A stretch of DNA of 64,000 bases, from positions 1,056,001 through 1,120,000 of the forward strand of contig OY760907.1 of NCBI GenBank assembly GCA_963664195.1, written 5' to 3'. The notes under the pieces were generated by a model. The model worked only from the letters and a program-made list of their open reading frames with translations. It did no database searches and was not told where the DNA came from. Both the position numbers and the translations under genes were made by a program. This document shows, piece after piece, positions 48,950-60,011 of the stretch. Position 1 is the stretch's first letter; each line of letters begins with the position of its first letter. Source of the stretch: an uncultured candidate division Zixibacteria bacterium. GTDB lineage: Bacteria; Zixibacteria; MSB-5A5; GN15; FEB-12.

Positions 48950-50176
48950 CTACTGCCGGAGTACCTCGATTACGGAGACGCGCGAGGCCTGCAATGACGG
49001 GAACAGCGCCGCCAGGAAACAGACAACAAACGTCACTAATCCTGCCCCCGCAAAGTCAAGCAGGTGCGCATCAATCGGCAGATAGTCGATGAAATAAATG
49101 TCCGGCGGCAGCGAGACGATTTGCCACCTGTTCTGTGCCCATCCCGCGGCCAGAGCGATAAGCCAACCCGAGGCCACACCTATAAAGGCTATAAGTAACC
49201 CCTTAAGTACGAATATCTTGAGGATGGCTTTCGGCGTGGCCCCCATGGTTTTGAGAATACCGATCTCGGTCCGCTTTTCCATTGTCAACATAACCATCGT
49301 AGACACAATCGAAAAAGCCGCAACCAATACGACGAGGCTGAACCCAATGAACAGAGCCAGTTTCTCAATTGCTATCCACGAAAACAGGTTGCGGTGCATG
49401 ACCGTCCACGGGACAACATCGTAGTGATAACCCAGTGCGGAATCGATCTCCGGAGCGACCGTTTCAGCCAGTTGGATATCTGTAAGCTTCAAATGTACGG
49501 CTGTCACGCCGTCACCGGTCCTGAACAGATCCTGTGCGCTTGTCAATGGGATATACGCCATTTGACCGTCGAATTCATACATGCCGGACTCGAAGATACC
49601 CGAGACGTTGAATCTGGCGACACGGGGACGGACGCTTTTGCGAAGCTCTTCCCCCTGAATTGAATAGAGCACAACCGGGTCGCCTATAAACACACTCAAC
49701 TGACTGGCCAATCCTTCGCCGAGAATGATCCCGGGGATACTGTCGATGGCGTAGCCGGGAGGCTCAAAGGAATACGCGCCTACGCGGATATTGTCGGCGA
49801 GCGATGACGTCTGTTGTTCTTTGTCCAGATTGATGCCGCGGACGATGATACCATCGCCGGCCGACGGCGAAGAAATTGCCGCCTTATAGAAGATAAACGG
49901 TGACGCGGCAACCACTTGGTCTATTTGCTCAAGTGAGTCAACCAATCCCCAATAATCGGAGATATATGTCTCCCGGAGCGGGAATATGGAAATGTGCGCG
50001 GTGGTCCCCAACAGGCGGGACCTGATCTCGGTTTCAAAACCGTTGTGCATCGACATGACAAAACAGACCGTTGCCACACCGAGAGTAACACCGACAATCG
50101 TTATCCACGTAGAAATCGAGGTAAAGAGACGCCCGGAACCGAAGTATCGTCGGGCAATGTACGTTTCAAAACTCAT
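48950..50176 (-). CDS. Lipoprotein-releasing ABC transporter permease (LolC/E)
   Basis: IARRY..GVTLGVA..MSMHNGF, FESGMYEFD, EKRTEIGILKTMGA, YFIDYLP. Confidence 0.88.
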   Translation of the reverse strand: MSFETYIARRYFGSGRLFTSISTWITIVGVTLGVATVCFVMSMHNGFETEIRSRLLGTTAHISIFPLRETYISDYWGLVDSLEQIDQVVAASPFIFYKAAISSPSAGDGIIVRGINLDKEQQTSSLADNIRVGAYSFEPPGYAIDSIPGIILGEGLASQLSVFIGDPVVLYSIQGEELRKSVRPRVARFNVSGIFESGMYEFDGQMAYIPLTSAQDLFRTGDGVTAVHLKLTDIQLAETVAPEIDSALGYHYDVVPWTVMHRNLFSWIAIEKLALFIGFSLVVLVAAFSIVSTMVMLTMEKRTEIGILKTMGATPKAILKIFVLKGLLIAFIGVASGWLIALAAGWAQNRWQIVSLPPDIYFIDYLPIDAHLLDFAGAGLVTFVVCFLAALFPSLQASRVSVIEVLRQ

Positions 50177-50525
50177 AGTTGTCCCATCGGCAAAGCCAGT
50201 CTAATGTGTTAAATCCCAACTAATTATACACTTGCTGCATTTGTCGGCGCAAACTAAAACGGCAGCCGGGACTCATAATCTGAGATCGGACTGATCGGCT
50301 GAACCGATTGGATTCTGCGACTCACGTCATTCCCGGAAGAAGTCCCTTACTCTATGGTGCATCACATAGTATCGCACCAAATCAGACATTCGGTCCTTCA
50401 TTGGATGTCAGTTTCTGCCGACAAAATAGAGCACAGGCTGAGGGCAAGAAGCGCCCGAGTCTGAACGTCAGCAAGCTTCAACAGGCATGTAATGACGAGG
50501 CCGCACGCTTCTGGATAAAGGGGCT

Positions 50526-53500
50526 TTGATGACTTTACGCACGAAAGTGCTCCTCACACTCGTAGTCACAATACTGGTCTTCAGTGTTCTGGGAATCGGC
50601 ATAGTGGACAAGCTCGTCTATTCCAGTTTTGCCGAATTGGAGCATGAACAGGCCCACCGTGAGCTGCTTCAGTGCAGACAGGCAATTGACGCCGACCTGG
50701 CTCTACTTGACGGTACTTGTTCTGGCTGGTCATCCTGGGACGACTCTTACGAGTTCGTCAAGAACCCGGACCGGGCGTACATCGACATCAACCTGGTCCC
50801 CGAAACGTTTACCAAGAACAACCTCAACCTGATTGCCATATACGACTCTGAAGGCCGGTCAATCTGGTGCAAGATGACTGATCCGGAAACGGACAGCACC
50901 ATCAACGTTGTTGGCCTGAGCCCCGAGGCTATTGCGTCAAGATGTCGGTTTGGAACCCGTGATTCGATGGACTCCACGAAATGGGATATCGGAATCTCCG
51001 GACTCCTGCAATCGAGCCACGGGGCTCTGCTTGTGGCGGCGCGACCAATCCTGACGTCCTCGTTCACCGGACCCTCCCGCGGATACTTCGTCATGGGTCG
51101 GTTTGTCAGCAAAGAGGCTATTCATAAGAGGTCGACACATGACGACGCGACACTCGCCATTTATCCGTTGGCGGAATCACCGCTGCCAGCCGAGGAAGAG
51201 GAGGCGCTGACACGCCTGACTTCGGTGACAAAAAAGTGTACTCTGAGACAGACAGACGAGATCACCACGTGCTACGCCGTCTACCCCGACATCGACGGCA
51301 ATCCCGGTCTCTTGATCAGGGCGGACCTGCCGCGAACAACCACCATGAAAGGAACTGTGCTGACCAAGCTTGCCTGGGGGGCCATTGTCCTTGTCGGACT
51401 GGTGTGTCTCACGGTACTCTCGATAATGCTCCGGCATCTCGTGCTGAAACCCATTGCCAGTCTAACCGAACACGTAATCACACTTGGAAAGCCGGATGCC
51501 CTGCCGATGGAGTACGAACCTTCATCGAACGATGAAATCGGTTGTCTCGGTTTGGAGTTCAACCAAATGGCCTCGCGTTTGTCCGAAACGCTGAGTGAGC
51601 TGACACATCGAACCGAGGAGCTGAAGCTCGCCAATTCGCAACTGGGCGACGACATTCTCGCCAAGCACAAGCGAGAGCAGGAGCTAAAGATCAGCAAGAC
51701 CAAGCTCGAGCGGGCCATGGAAGTTGCCCGGCTCGGCACCTGGGAAATGGACATCTCGACTCGAATGCTCCACGGATCGGCGGAACTCTTCAGGATTTTC
51801 GGCCTGCCCGAGGACTCCCCTTCGCTACCCGCAGAAGACGCTCTGTCAATGGTCCTCAAAGATGATGCTCCGGCGATGTTGGCCGGACTGGAACGTCTTA
51901 TCGTAGAGGGCGTGGCGTTGAATGACGAGTTTCTGTTTGAGAAGCCGGACGGCGAAGTTGGCCTGTTCCATACCACCGCTAATCTAATCACAGACGACAA
52001 CGGCATCCCGGTCAGGGTGGCCGGGGTCATCCAGGACGTCACCGCAAGAAGCCTTGCCCAACAGGAGCTCAAGGACAGCGAGGAGCGTCTCAAGACCGTG
52101 CTGGACTCTCTCAATGCCGGGGTGGTGATAATCGACGCCAAGACTCATCAGGTGTTTGATCTCAACGAAGCGGCTACGCGGATGCTCGGTCTCTCTCGCG
52201 AACAGATAACGGGCAAGCTATGCCACAAGTTTATCTGCCCCGCCGAGGCCGGCAGGTGCCCGATCACTGATCTGGGCAAGCGAGTTGACAGTGCGGAGCG
52301 GGAGATGGTCTCTGCCGATGGCACGCACATACCTATTCTGAAAACGGTTACGCCAATAACTTTTTCCGGCAGGGACTACCTGCTGGAGACATTCGTAGAT
52401 ATTACTGAACGTAAGCGCGACCAGGAGCTGCGAGAGCAACTGCAGGAGAAACTCGAACGCGCCCAACGCATGGAGTCACTGGGCATCCTCGCCGGTGGTG
52501 TCGCTCACGACCTCAACAACATGCTGGGGCCGCTTGTCGGCTATCCGGAACTCATGCTCATGAAACTTCCCGAAGACAGTCCCATGCGCAAACAGGTGGA
52601 GCGAATGGAACGCTCGGCCAAGGACGCGGCGGAAGTCATTCAGGATCTGCTCACCCTGGCGCGCCGCGGACGATACAACATGGCCCCAACCGACATCAAC
52701 GACATTGTCCGGAACTACATTGATTCGCCCGGATACGAAAGGCTCGTGAAAAGCCGCGAGGATGTACGTGTCGAGTTGTCGCTCGATGACCATCTATCCG
52801 GTATTTCCGGCTCGGCACCACACTTGAGCAAAGTGGTTATGAACCTGATTGTGAACGCGGCGGACGCAATGCCCGACGGCGGCACGATTACCGTGAAGAC
52901 CGACCAACTGGTGCTCAATAGACTGCTGAGCGGATACGATAAGATTGAGGCCGGAAAATACGTGATCCTGCGGGTCAAGGATACCGGAACAGGAATCGCC
53001 GCAGAAGATATTGAAAAGATTTTTGAACCGTACTTCTCAAAGAAGGTCATGGGAACAAGCGGCAGCGGACTGGGCCTGTCGGTCGTATATGGCATCGTCA
53101 AGGATCATAAGGGGTACTACGATATCTTCTCCGAATTGGGCGAAGGTACTGAATTCGTACTGTACTTCCCGATGTCTGAAGAAGAAGCCGAGAAGCACGA
53201 CCCATCCCGAAACCAACTGTGGGGCACCGAGCGCATACTGGTTGTAGACGACGTTAAGGAGCAGCGCGAAGTTGCCCGGGCCCTGCTGTCAAGTCTCGGC
53301 TACAGAGTAGCCACGGTGGGTACTGGCGCGAAGGCTGTCAGCCATATCACTGACAACGAGGTTGATCTCGTCTTGCTGGACATGATTCTCGACGACGAAT
53401 GCGACGGCCTTGATACGTTCCGTGAGATTCACTCGATACGGCCGGAGACAAGAGTCATAGTCGCCAGCGGATACTCGGCGACGGCACGAGTGGATGAGAT

Positions 53501-53624
53501 GCAACAGCTTGGGGCCGGTCAGTTCATCCGTAAACCGTACACGCGTGGAGTGTTGGCAAAAGCCGTCCGCGAGGCATTGAGCGGATCGGATGTCAGCGAG
53601 CCGGCATCGAGTCCGATTGCCTGA
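50526..53624 (+). CDS. Hybrid sensor histidine kinase (CHASE4-HAMP-PAS-PAS-HisKA-HATPase-REC)
   Basis: WSSWDDSYEF CHASE4, DEIG.L..FNQM HAMP, AGGVAHDLNN, NAADAM, DTGTG, GSGLGL, LVVDD..LLD receiver. Confidence 0.92.
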   Translation: MMTLRTKVLLTLVVTILVFSVLGIGIVDKLVYSSFAELEHEQAHRELLQCRQAIDADLALLDGTCSGWSSWDDSYEFVKNPDRAYIDINLVPETFTKNNLNLIAIYDSEGRSIWCKMTDPETDSTINVVGLSPEAIASRCRFGTRDSMDSTKWDIGISGLLQSSHGALLVAARPILTSSFTGPSRGYFVMGRFVSKEAIHKRSTHDDATLAIYPLAESPLPAEEEEALTRLTSVTKKCTLRQTDEITTCYAVYPDIDGNPGLLIRADLPRTTTMKGTVLTKLAWGAIVLVGLVCLTVLSIMLRHLVLKPIASLTEHVITLGKPDALPMEYEPSSNDEIGCLGLEFNQMASRLSETLSELTHRTEELKLANSQLGDDILAKHKREQELKISKTKLERAMEVARLGTWEMDISTRMLHGSAELFRIFGLPEDSPSLPAEDALSMVLKDDAPAMLAGLERLIVEGVALNDEFLFEKPDGEVGLFHTTANLITDDNGIPVRVAGVIQDVTARSLAQQELKDSEERLKTVLDSLNAGVVIIDAKTHQVFDLNEAATRMLGLSREQITGKLCHKFICPAEAGRCPITDLGKRVDSAEREMVSADGTHIPILKTVTPITFSGRDYLLETFVDITERKRDQELREQLQEKLERAQRMESLGILAGGVAHDLNNMLGPLVGYPELMLMKLPEDSPMRKQVERMERSAKDAAEVIQDLLTLARRGRYNMAPTDINDIVRNYIDSPGYERLVKSREDVRVELSLDDHLSGISGSAPHLSKVVMNLIVNAADAMPDGGTITVKTDQLVLNRLLSGYDKIEAGKYVILRVKDTGTGIAAEDIEKIFEPYFSKKVMGTSGSGLGLSVVYGIVKDHKGYYDIFSELGEGTEFVLYFPMSEEEAEKHDPSRNQLWGTERILVVDDVKEQREVARALLSSLGYRVATVGTGAKAVSHITDNEVDLVLLDMILDDECDGLDTFREIHSIRPETRVIVASGYSATARVDEMQQLGAGQFIRKPYTRGVLAKAVREALSGSDVSEPASSPIA

Positions 53625-53678
53625 ACTTGGCCAACTCGACATTCAGTCGAATCATGGCCGTGCTTCACTTGACCCATA

Positions 53679-54284
53679 TCACCTGTACCGATAAACAACA
53701 GACGGTCGCAGCGTACTCACGGATGACTCGCGGGAATGGAACCTCTGTTCGCTGCCGTCGTCTGAAGTCAATATGATTCCACAGTCAGGTTTCCAATCGT
53801 TGTATACGGCCAGCACGTCAATTCTAAGCTGGTTGCCACTGACTTTCGAACTAGTATACGGCTGGCCCTCCGGAGTCGGCGCGTTGTTCCAGCAGATCGA
53901 GTGTTCATACCAAACTGTCTCCGACGCCTCGAAGGCACGAACCGAAATCGTTCGGCTTGTCTCCGAACCATCATAATGGAGGATCAGTGTCGCTGCGAGA
54001 AGTGAGGCGACATCAACCGAGTCCGGCAACGCTGGCAATTTGATAATGCTCCGGTAATCATATCGGAGACCGTTGTTGTAGAGCACGGTCACAACTTTCA
54101 ACCTGTCAGTCATACCATACGTACCGGCCGGGACATCACTCTGAATCCGAGCATCCTGTGCAATGGCAAGCGTATCGCCCTTAACGGGCTTAGAGTCATT
54201 GCCGTCAACAGGATTGTCTTCACCGCATCCTGTCGTCAGTACGGTGAACGCGAGTAGAACTGCGAGAAGAATGAGACAACGCAT
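53679..54284 (-). CDS. Lipoprotein with DNRLRE/CBM96-like domain
   Basis: Lipobox LTTGC; DARIQS..P, W.E.SICWNNAP, FHSRES...RP. Confidence 0.7.
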   Translation of the reverse strand: MRCLILLAVLLAFTVLTTGCGEDNPVDGNDSKPVKGDTLAIAQDARIQSDVPAGTYGMTDRLKVVTVLYNNGLRYDYRSIIKLPALPDSVDVASLLAATLILHYDGSETSRTISVRAFEASETVWYEHSICWNNAPTPEGQPYTSSKVSGNQLRIDVLAVYNDWKPDCGIILTSDDGSEQRFHSRESSVSTLRPSVVYRYR

Positions 54285-54452
54285 GTAAGTTCCTTTGCGC
54301 ACTAGCTCAAAGACCATCCGAATTGCTGTGATGGTACGAAACGCGGCTCGCGTTATCCATGATTATGACGGAGGACAGTTTCGATCTCGGTCAAAACATG
54401 CCGCAGAGGGTCGCGATCGCCTTGGGATCGCACGCTTCATTCGCCTCTCCGC

Positions 54453-55706
54453 CTAAAACCCCGTCAGACAGAACGGTTTTTCCGCGCAGGCAAAAGCGTC
54501 GTCGACCACGTTCGCCAATGAGTTATCAGAGATCGTCGCCAGCCCGTACCTCAACAGTGACTCGAACCGGACCGCCCCCAACACCATCGACGAGAACTCC
54601 GCGATATCAAGACCGATCTCACAGTCAGCATCGCCGCCGTCGGCAATCGATACCTTGCCACCCTTGAAACTCAGCAAGTACGATCCGGCGTTCTTCGGCC
54701 AGAAACTGTCCCTGATACTCAGCTTCAGTTTCAAATCCACACCACCGAAATCGTGACCCGTCAACGCCTCGAACAATCTTCGCAAGCTTAGCACCCGGTA
54801 CATGATGCCCACACCAGAGATATGGCTTTCGTGATTGACCGATGGAAAGATATTGCCCGAACCATTGGTGACATCACTCAGGGCGAAGTAGAAATCATCG
54901 TCGGGTGTACAGAGCACCACGCGATTGACCTGATCCAACTGTGCGTGCAAGAAAGACAGTAGCCCCAGCAATGCCTCGGACGACTCGTAGATCATCCAGG
55001 AGATTTCCATGTTGTTGTCGAGAAATCCTTCGGCCTTGCCAGTGGCGAACTCGTAGCAGAAAAAGCCTCGCAGTATGCCGTTCTGTTCGAATCCTACAAA
55101 CCGCGTTTTCTGTTGATTCTTGAAATACCGTTCCCAGAGAATCTCATGTTCATAAATCAAGCCGGTCCGGGTCGGGACGTAACGATTGTAGCAATCGTTC
55201 ATCGCCGTTACGTCATCGGCAGTGAGAAAACGCACCTTGTTCTTGTCACCGACACTCGGAAGGTCCTGCGGCTTGATGGCATACCGATGTGTCCTGGCAC
55301 CGAGTCCGAATCCCATTTTGCGATAGAAATCATGACGGAACGGCCAGAGTATCGCCAGCGGCGCCTGTTTCTTCTCGTAGTGATCCAGATAAAATTCCAT
55401 CAGCTCTTTGGCCACGTGCGCTTTCTTGTGAACCAGATCCACCGCGACATTGCCGACACCGCCGGCAAGCATTTTGACACCGTGCACGTTCATCTCAAAG
55501 TCATGGAGACGCATCAGACCGACCATTTTGTCGCCGGAAAACGCACAGTGGTATTGAACCCGCCTGTCATCGCCCACCTTGCGCAAACGTTCCTCGGTTT
55601 TCTTGCGGGCTTCTTCTGAGAAGATGCCGATACCGGGGTAGGCTTCGGCGACGATTCTGACCATTTCCGGATAGTCGTTTTCGTTCGGTTTTCTGATGTC
55701 GTACAC
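54453..55706 (-). CDS. Eis-like GNAT acetyltransferase with SCP2 domain
   Basis: GVGNVAVD..HKK.HVAK, LWPF..FYRKMGFG; C-terminal SCP2-like region; GTG 55706 follows AGGAG. Confidence 0.85.
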   Translation of the reverse strand: MYDIRKPNENDYPEMVRIVAEAYPGIGIFSEEARKKTEERLRKVGDDRRVQYHCAFSGDKMVGLMRLHDFEMNVHGVKMLAGGVGNVAVDLVHKKAHVAKELMEFYLDHYEKKQAPLAILWPFRHDFYRKMGFGLGARTHRYAIKPQDLPSVGDKNKVRFLTADDVTAMNDCYNRYVPTRTGLIYEHEILWERYFKNQQKTRFVGFEQNGILRGFFCYEFATGKAEGFLDNNMEISWMIYESSEALLGLLSFLHAQLDQVNRVVLCTPDDDFYFALSDVTNGSGNIFPSVNHESHISGVGIMYRVLSLRRLFEALTGHDFGGVDLKLKLSIRDSFWPKNAGSYLLSFKGGKVSIADGGDADCEIGLDIAEFSSMVLGAVRFESLLRYGLATISDNSLANVVDDAFACAEKPFCLTGF

Positions 55707-55728
55707 GCTTGTGACTCCTGGCAGAGAG

Positions 55729-56349
55729 TTAATCGTCATCGGAGATATACTGGAACACCGCATCAAGAGCGGAGACCGGTGGAAGAACGTGCTCCTCCAC
55801 CTTGGTCATTGTAAAGGTCACCGTGCCGGCTTCTTCCGTTGCACCGTTGAAACCGGTAATCCGATAGAAGAAAGTACCATCCAGCTTGTAGGTTTCGATC
55901 GGAATATCCACCTTGCCGAAATTGAACGACAAGTAATTGACGTCACGAGGAGTGTATCTGGAAGTATCGATCGGAACTGCAAACTGTTCTTCGGTCGGAT
56001 AGGGATAGATAAGTAACGAGTCCACACTCAGTCTTGACAGCGTGGTTTGAAGAAACCGATCGCCTTCAGCGCTCCGAAGCTCCGGGTCTGCCTGTGCAGG
56101 AGGAACCGCGTTCACAATCACCGATGTGTCATAGACTTTAAGTGAGGCCCAGTAACCGTGATCATAGACATCATATTTCTTGCCGAAGACATCCTTGAAT
56201 ACAACCAGGCGAGGAAACACACGGTACCTGTCGATGTAGATATCCTGGGAGTTACTCGCTGTCGCAAACATACGCGTATGAAACTGGGCGCAACCGGCCG
56301 CTGTCAGCGCAACCATAATCAGAATTCCGAAAAGCGCTTTCCATTGCAT
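55729..56349 (-). CDS. Hypothetical lipoprotein
   Basis: Lipobox LTAAGC; GGGGAG RBS. Confidence 0.65.
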   Translation of the reverse strand: MQWKALFGILIMVALTAAGCAQFHTRMFATASNSQDIYIDRYRVFPRLVVFKDVFGKKYDVYDHGYWASLKVYDTSVIVNAVPPAQADPELRSAEGDRFLQTTLSRLSVDSLLIYPYPTEEQFAVPIDTSRYTPRDVNYLSFNFGKVDIPIETYKLDGTFFYRITGFNGATEEAGTVTFTMTKVEEHVLPPVSALDAVFQYISDDD

Positions 56350-56444
56350 ATTCTCCCCTTTCTACACACGTGGTGAGGCGTCATACAACACCTCTTATGA
56401 TCTTTACGTCTGAACTGCCGGTCCTGTTTCAAGACCGTGGCTGA

Positions 56445-58022
56445 TTATCCCTTTGCTTCGTCTTCCTTGATTCCCGCAAGGATTTTTGAAACCGGCACAC
56501 TGCCCTCTTTCATATCCTTCATCTGCGGGAAAAAGAGTACGTCGCGAATATTGTGCTGATTGGTCAGGATCATAATCAATCGATCAATCCCAAACCCCAG
56601 CCCGCCCGTCGGCGGCATACCGTAGGCCAGCGCCGTGATGTAATCGTCATCAAGCGGCTGCGCTTCATCGTCGCCGGCGGCCAGCGCTTTGCCCTGCTGC
56701 AGGAAACGATCAAGCTGATCCATCGGATCGTTAAGCTCGCTGAATGCGTTGCCGCATTCGTGCCCCGCGATGAAGACCTCAAACCGTTCGGTCAGGCGCG
56801 GGTTGTCACGGTGCCTTTTCGCCAGAGGAGATATTTCCACCGGGAAGTCAGTGATGAACGTCGGCTGGATAAGCGTCGGTTCAACCTTCGCCTCCCAGAC
56901 TGCCTCGATTACTTTGCCCCAGTTGATCAGCTTGTCACCCTCGACACCAAGCTCCTTAGCTCTGGTCTTAGCCGATTCGTAATCCATATCTGTGAAGTCA
57001 ACCTCGGTTACTTCCGTAATGGAATCGATCATGGAAACCCAGCGGAACTTCGGCTCGAAATCAAGCTCGTGATCCTCATAGGTGACCTTGTATCCGCCGG
57101 TCAATTCCTTCACCGTGTGGCGAAGCAGGTTCTCGAACAGAGTCGCGATATCTTTGTAGTCCGCAAAAGCCCAGTACAACTCGATCATCGAGAATTCCGG
57201 ATTGTGCAGACGGTCCATGCCCTCGTTCCGGAAATCCTTGCAGAACTCCCAGACCTTATCGAATCCGCCCACGATCAGCCGTTTGAGATACAACTCGTCG
57301 GCGATCCTGAGATACATGGGTATGTCCAGCTTCTCATGGTGCGTTCTGAACGGCCTGGCGTTGCCACCACCGTAGAGCGGCTGAAGGATCGGCGTTTCGA
57401 CTTCGAGAAAACCTTCGTTATTGAGATAGTCACGAATCGTACGAATGACTTTCGTGCGCTGCGCAAACGTATCCCTCACTTCCGGATTGACAATCAGGTC
57501 GGCATAGCGACGGCGGTATCGCGTTTCCTTGTCGGTCAGGCCGCTGTGCTTGTCCGGGAGAGGGTGCAATGCCTTGGTGAGCAACTCGAGCGTGCTCACT
57601 TTAATTGTACGCTCGCCGGTACGGGTGACAAACAGAGTGCCCTCACAACCGATGATATCGCCGAGGTCGAGCATGTTGAACAGATCGAAGATCTCTTCAC
57701 CGACGTCGTTTTTGCGGACGTAGATCTGCATCCGGTCGCTGGAGTCGCGAAGATCGGCGAAAAAGACTTTGCCCATTTTCCGCTTGAGCATGATCCGCCC
57801 CGTGACCTTGATAACCGTTTCTTTCTCCGCCAGAGCGTCAAAATCGGCTTGGAGTTCCGAAATCAGATTAGTGCGGTCGAAGCTGTACGGATAGGCATTG
57901 ACGCCCATCTCTTTGAGTTGCGCGATTTTCTCGTAGCGTGTCTTTATGAGATCGGCCAGCGGGATTTGGATTTCCTCAGCGGCCGGTGTTTGTTCGTTCT
58001 GTGTCTTTTTCTTTTCACTCAT
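56445..58022 (-). CDS. lysS: Lysine--tRNA ligase (class II)
   Basis: RYRRRYADL, EVETP, LRIADELYLKRL, FRNEG, HNPEF, PPTGGLGFGIDRL. Confidence 0.97.
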   Translation of the reverse strand: MSEKKKTQNEQTPAAEEIQIPLADLIKTRYEKIAQLKEMGVNAYPYSFDRTNLISELQADFDALAEKETVIKVTGRIMLKRKMGKVFFADLRDSSDRMQIYVRKNDVGEEIFDLFNMLDLGDIIGCEGTLFVTRTGERTIKVSTLELLTKALHPLPDKHSGLTDKETRYRRRYADLIVNPEVRDTFAQRTKVIRTIRDYLNNEGFLEVETPILQPLYGGGNARPFRTHHEKLDIPMYLRIADELYLKRLIVGGFDKVWEFCKDFRNEGMDRLHNPEFSMIELYWAFADYKDIATLFENLLRHTVKELTGGYKVTYEDHELDFEPKFRWVSMIDSITEVTEVDFTDMDYESAKTRAKELGVEGDKLINWGKVIEAVWEAKVEPTLIQPTFITDFPVEISPLAKRHRDNPRLTERFEVFIAGHECGNAFSELNDPMDQLDRFLQQGKALAAGDDEAQPLDDDYITALAYGMPPTGGLGFGIDRLIMILTNQHNIRDVLFFPQMKDMKEGSVPVSKILAGIKEDEAKG

Positions 58023-58100
58023 ATTGTTCTAATCACGGAGTTTTGTGTCAACCCCGGTGTCGCGTAGTTGCGATTCGGCCGGAGTCGATACCAGTGAGAT

Positions 58101-58613
58101 TCACTTACGTTTCTGAAATTTCTTGTTCAGGGCGGCCAGGACCGGTGCCGGGACCAAATCGGTGATGTCACCGTTGTGCGAGGCGACGTCTTTGATAATC
58201 GATGATGACAGGTACACCCATGACAGGGCCGGCATTAGAAATACGGTTTCCACCTCGCGGGCCAGTTTGCGGTTCATCAGCGCCATCTGGAATTCGTACT
58301 CGAAATCCGAAACCGCGCGAAGCCCTCGGACAATAGCGGTCGCGTTCTGCTCAACCACGAAATCAGCCAGGAGACCCTCGAATCCGACCACGATCAACTG
58401 CGAGCGGCACCGCAGGGCATCAGCCGACTGCTTCAAGTGATCCAGGCGCTCTTCAAACGAGAAGAGCGGGTTTTTGACATTGCTTAACGCCACAGCCACC
58501 ACCACCTCGTCGAAGAGATGACACGCTCGCTCTATGAGCGAAAGATGGCCGTTGGTCAGCGGATCGAAAGTACCGGGATACACTGCCCGATGCTTTTCCC
58601 TGTTATCAGTCAT
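58101..58613 (-). CDS. coaD: Pantetheine-phosphate adenylyltransferase
   Basis: YPGTFDPLTNGH, RGLRAVSDFEYE, LSSS. Confidence 0.97.
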   Translation of the reverse strand: MTDNREKHRAVYPGTFDPLTNGHLSLIERACHLFDEVVVAVALSNVKNPLFSFEERLDHLKQSADALRCRSQLIVVGFEGLLADFVVEQNATAIVRGLRAVSDFEYEFQMALMNRKLAREVETVFLMPALSWVYLSSSIIKDVASHNGDITDLVPAPVLAALNKKFQKRK

Positions 58614-58700
58614 AGTCCCATTTCCGGTCTACGAAATTCATGCAGCATATTGAACGGGGAAAATAGGACGAAATCGAGCTATTGGCAAGAAACTATTGGA

Positions 58701-59549
58701 CTAACCGGCGGCCAGACCCAGCGCGACCAGAAAACGGATCGGATCCTCAACAGGTGCCGTCCCGGCCAGAGAACCGAGATAACCGTCGTGAATCCGGGGA
58801 GGCGTTACGTCAACATGGAAGTATTTCTCGAGCGTCTCGCAGAACTGTGAGTCAATCCCGTTGCCGGAAAAGACCAGCCCGGACAGAGGCAGACTGACAC
58901 CGTGATCGAGGAGCGCGGCGAGACGGAAATTGACCACGGTCTTCAGATCAATCGCCAGACGTCCCTTTTCCTCCGTCGCCGCAATACCCTGCCCGACACA
59001 AGGCAAAAAGGCGACATCGATCAGCCGCTGACGGTGCACCAGGCACATCGAGACGCCGTCTGAAGTCAGGTCTGCCAGGCAAAGCAGATCTCCCTCCTCC
59101 TGCCGACAGAACGCAAGGTATCCCCTGCCGAGAGCGATGGAGCGAAGCCGGTACTCAACCGACAGGTCATCCACGCCGCAGGATTGTTTGAGACGGGCAA
59201 GCAGCTCGCGACGGTACACCAGCCCAAGGTACCGGTTTTGTTCTTCGACCGCGTGGAAATCGAACTGGAACAGTTGTTCGTCTTCGAGCGACGATTGGGC
59301 CAGTTCGAACGACAGGCGCGTACGGAAATCGGATTGGTGGTTTCCGTTCAGACGAAGACGTTTGACTACCGCCTGATTATCCGGCACAGCGAGAGTCAGG
59401 TTCTCACATTCGAGTTGAGGATCGGCAGATTCTTCTGCGCCACGGCAAGTCAGCGACTTGATTATCAGTCGCCCGGAAACGTCCTCTACCACGGCGGTGT
59501 ACGTGAGTCCGGAGTGGTAATCAATGCCTGTATGATGGATGATACTCAA
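58701..59549 (-). CDS. Divergent PilM-like actin-fold protein
   Basis: N-terminal TGIDY, LTLAVP...VVKR, LADL, VFSGNG, ALGLA end resemble PilM motifs. Confidence 0.55.
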   Translation of the reverse strand: MSIIHHTGIDYHSGLTYTAVVEDVSGRLIIKSLTCRGAEESADPQLECENLTLAVPDNQAVVKRLRLNGNHQSDFRTRLSFELAQSSLEDEQLFQFDFHAVEEQNRYLGLVYRRELLARLKQSCGVDDLSVEYRLRSIALGRGYLAFCRQEEGDLLCLADLTSDGVSMCLVHRQRLIDVAFLPCVGQGIAATEEKGRLAIDLKTVVNFRLAALLDHGVSLPLSGLVFSGNGIDSQFCETLEKYFHVDVTPPRIHDGYLGSLAGTAPVEDPIRFLVALGLAAG

Positions 59550-59926
59550 CGACGATTCACTTTCAAAAACGGCCGTATTCGCTCGTACAGTTTAGGGCCG
59601 ATACCGTGAACATTGGTGATGTCGATTTCTTCCTCAAACCGGTCGTGCTGGCGATAGGCGACAATCCTGTCGGCCAGTTTTCTGCCGATACCGTCGAGCA
59701 ACTCCAGCGAGTCGGCCGGAGCCGTGTTGGGATCAAGCGTGAAGACACCGGTGACGGGTTGCTCTGCCTCGCCGACAATGACGGGAAGCGATATTGCATC
59801 TTGAGTGGGGGTGGTCCAGGATTGAATGAAAAACACCAACGCCAGCAGGACTGCTGCGGCGCAGGAGACAATAAGAAAGCGAACCTGCCCGGCCGAGAAT
59901 TCAAAGAAACTGTTAACCTTACCCAT
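59546..59926 (-). CDS. comEA: ComEA-family helix-hairpin-helix DNA-binding protein
   Basis: One TM; LDPNTA..LELLDGIG.KLA.RIVAYR..F..V.GIGPK. Confidence 0.85.
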   Translation of the reverse strand: MGKVNSFFEFSAGQVRFLIVSCAAAVLLALVFFIQSWTTPTQDAISLPVIVGEAEQPVTGVFTLDPNTAPADSLELLDGIGRKLADRIVAYRQHDRFEEEIDITNVHGIGPKLYERIRPFLKVNRR

Positions 59927-60011
59927 TGGCAATACTACTCCCCTGTGCGGGGGAATATACGCCAAACGGACGGGAAAGCAATCCCGCATTACGGGCGAGC
60001 CGCAATGCCGT

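Noticed and set aside
56553..58067. 504-aa plus-strand ORF
   Set aside because: Antisense shadow of lysS.
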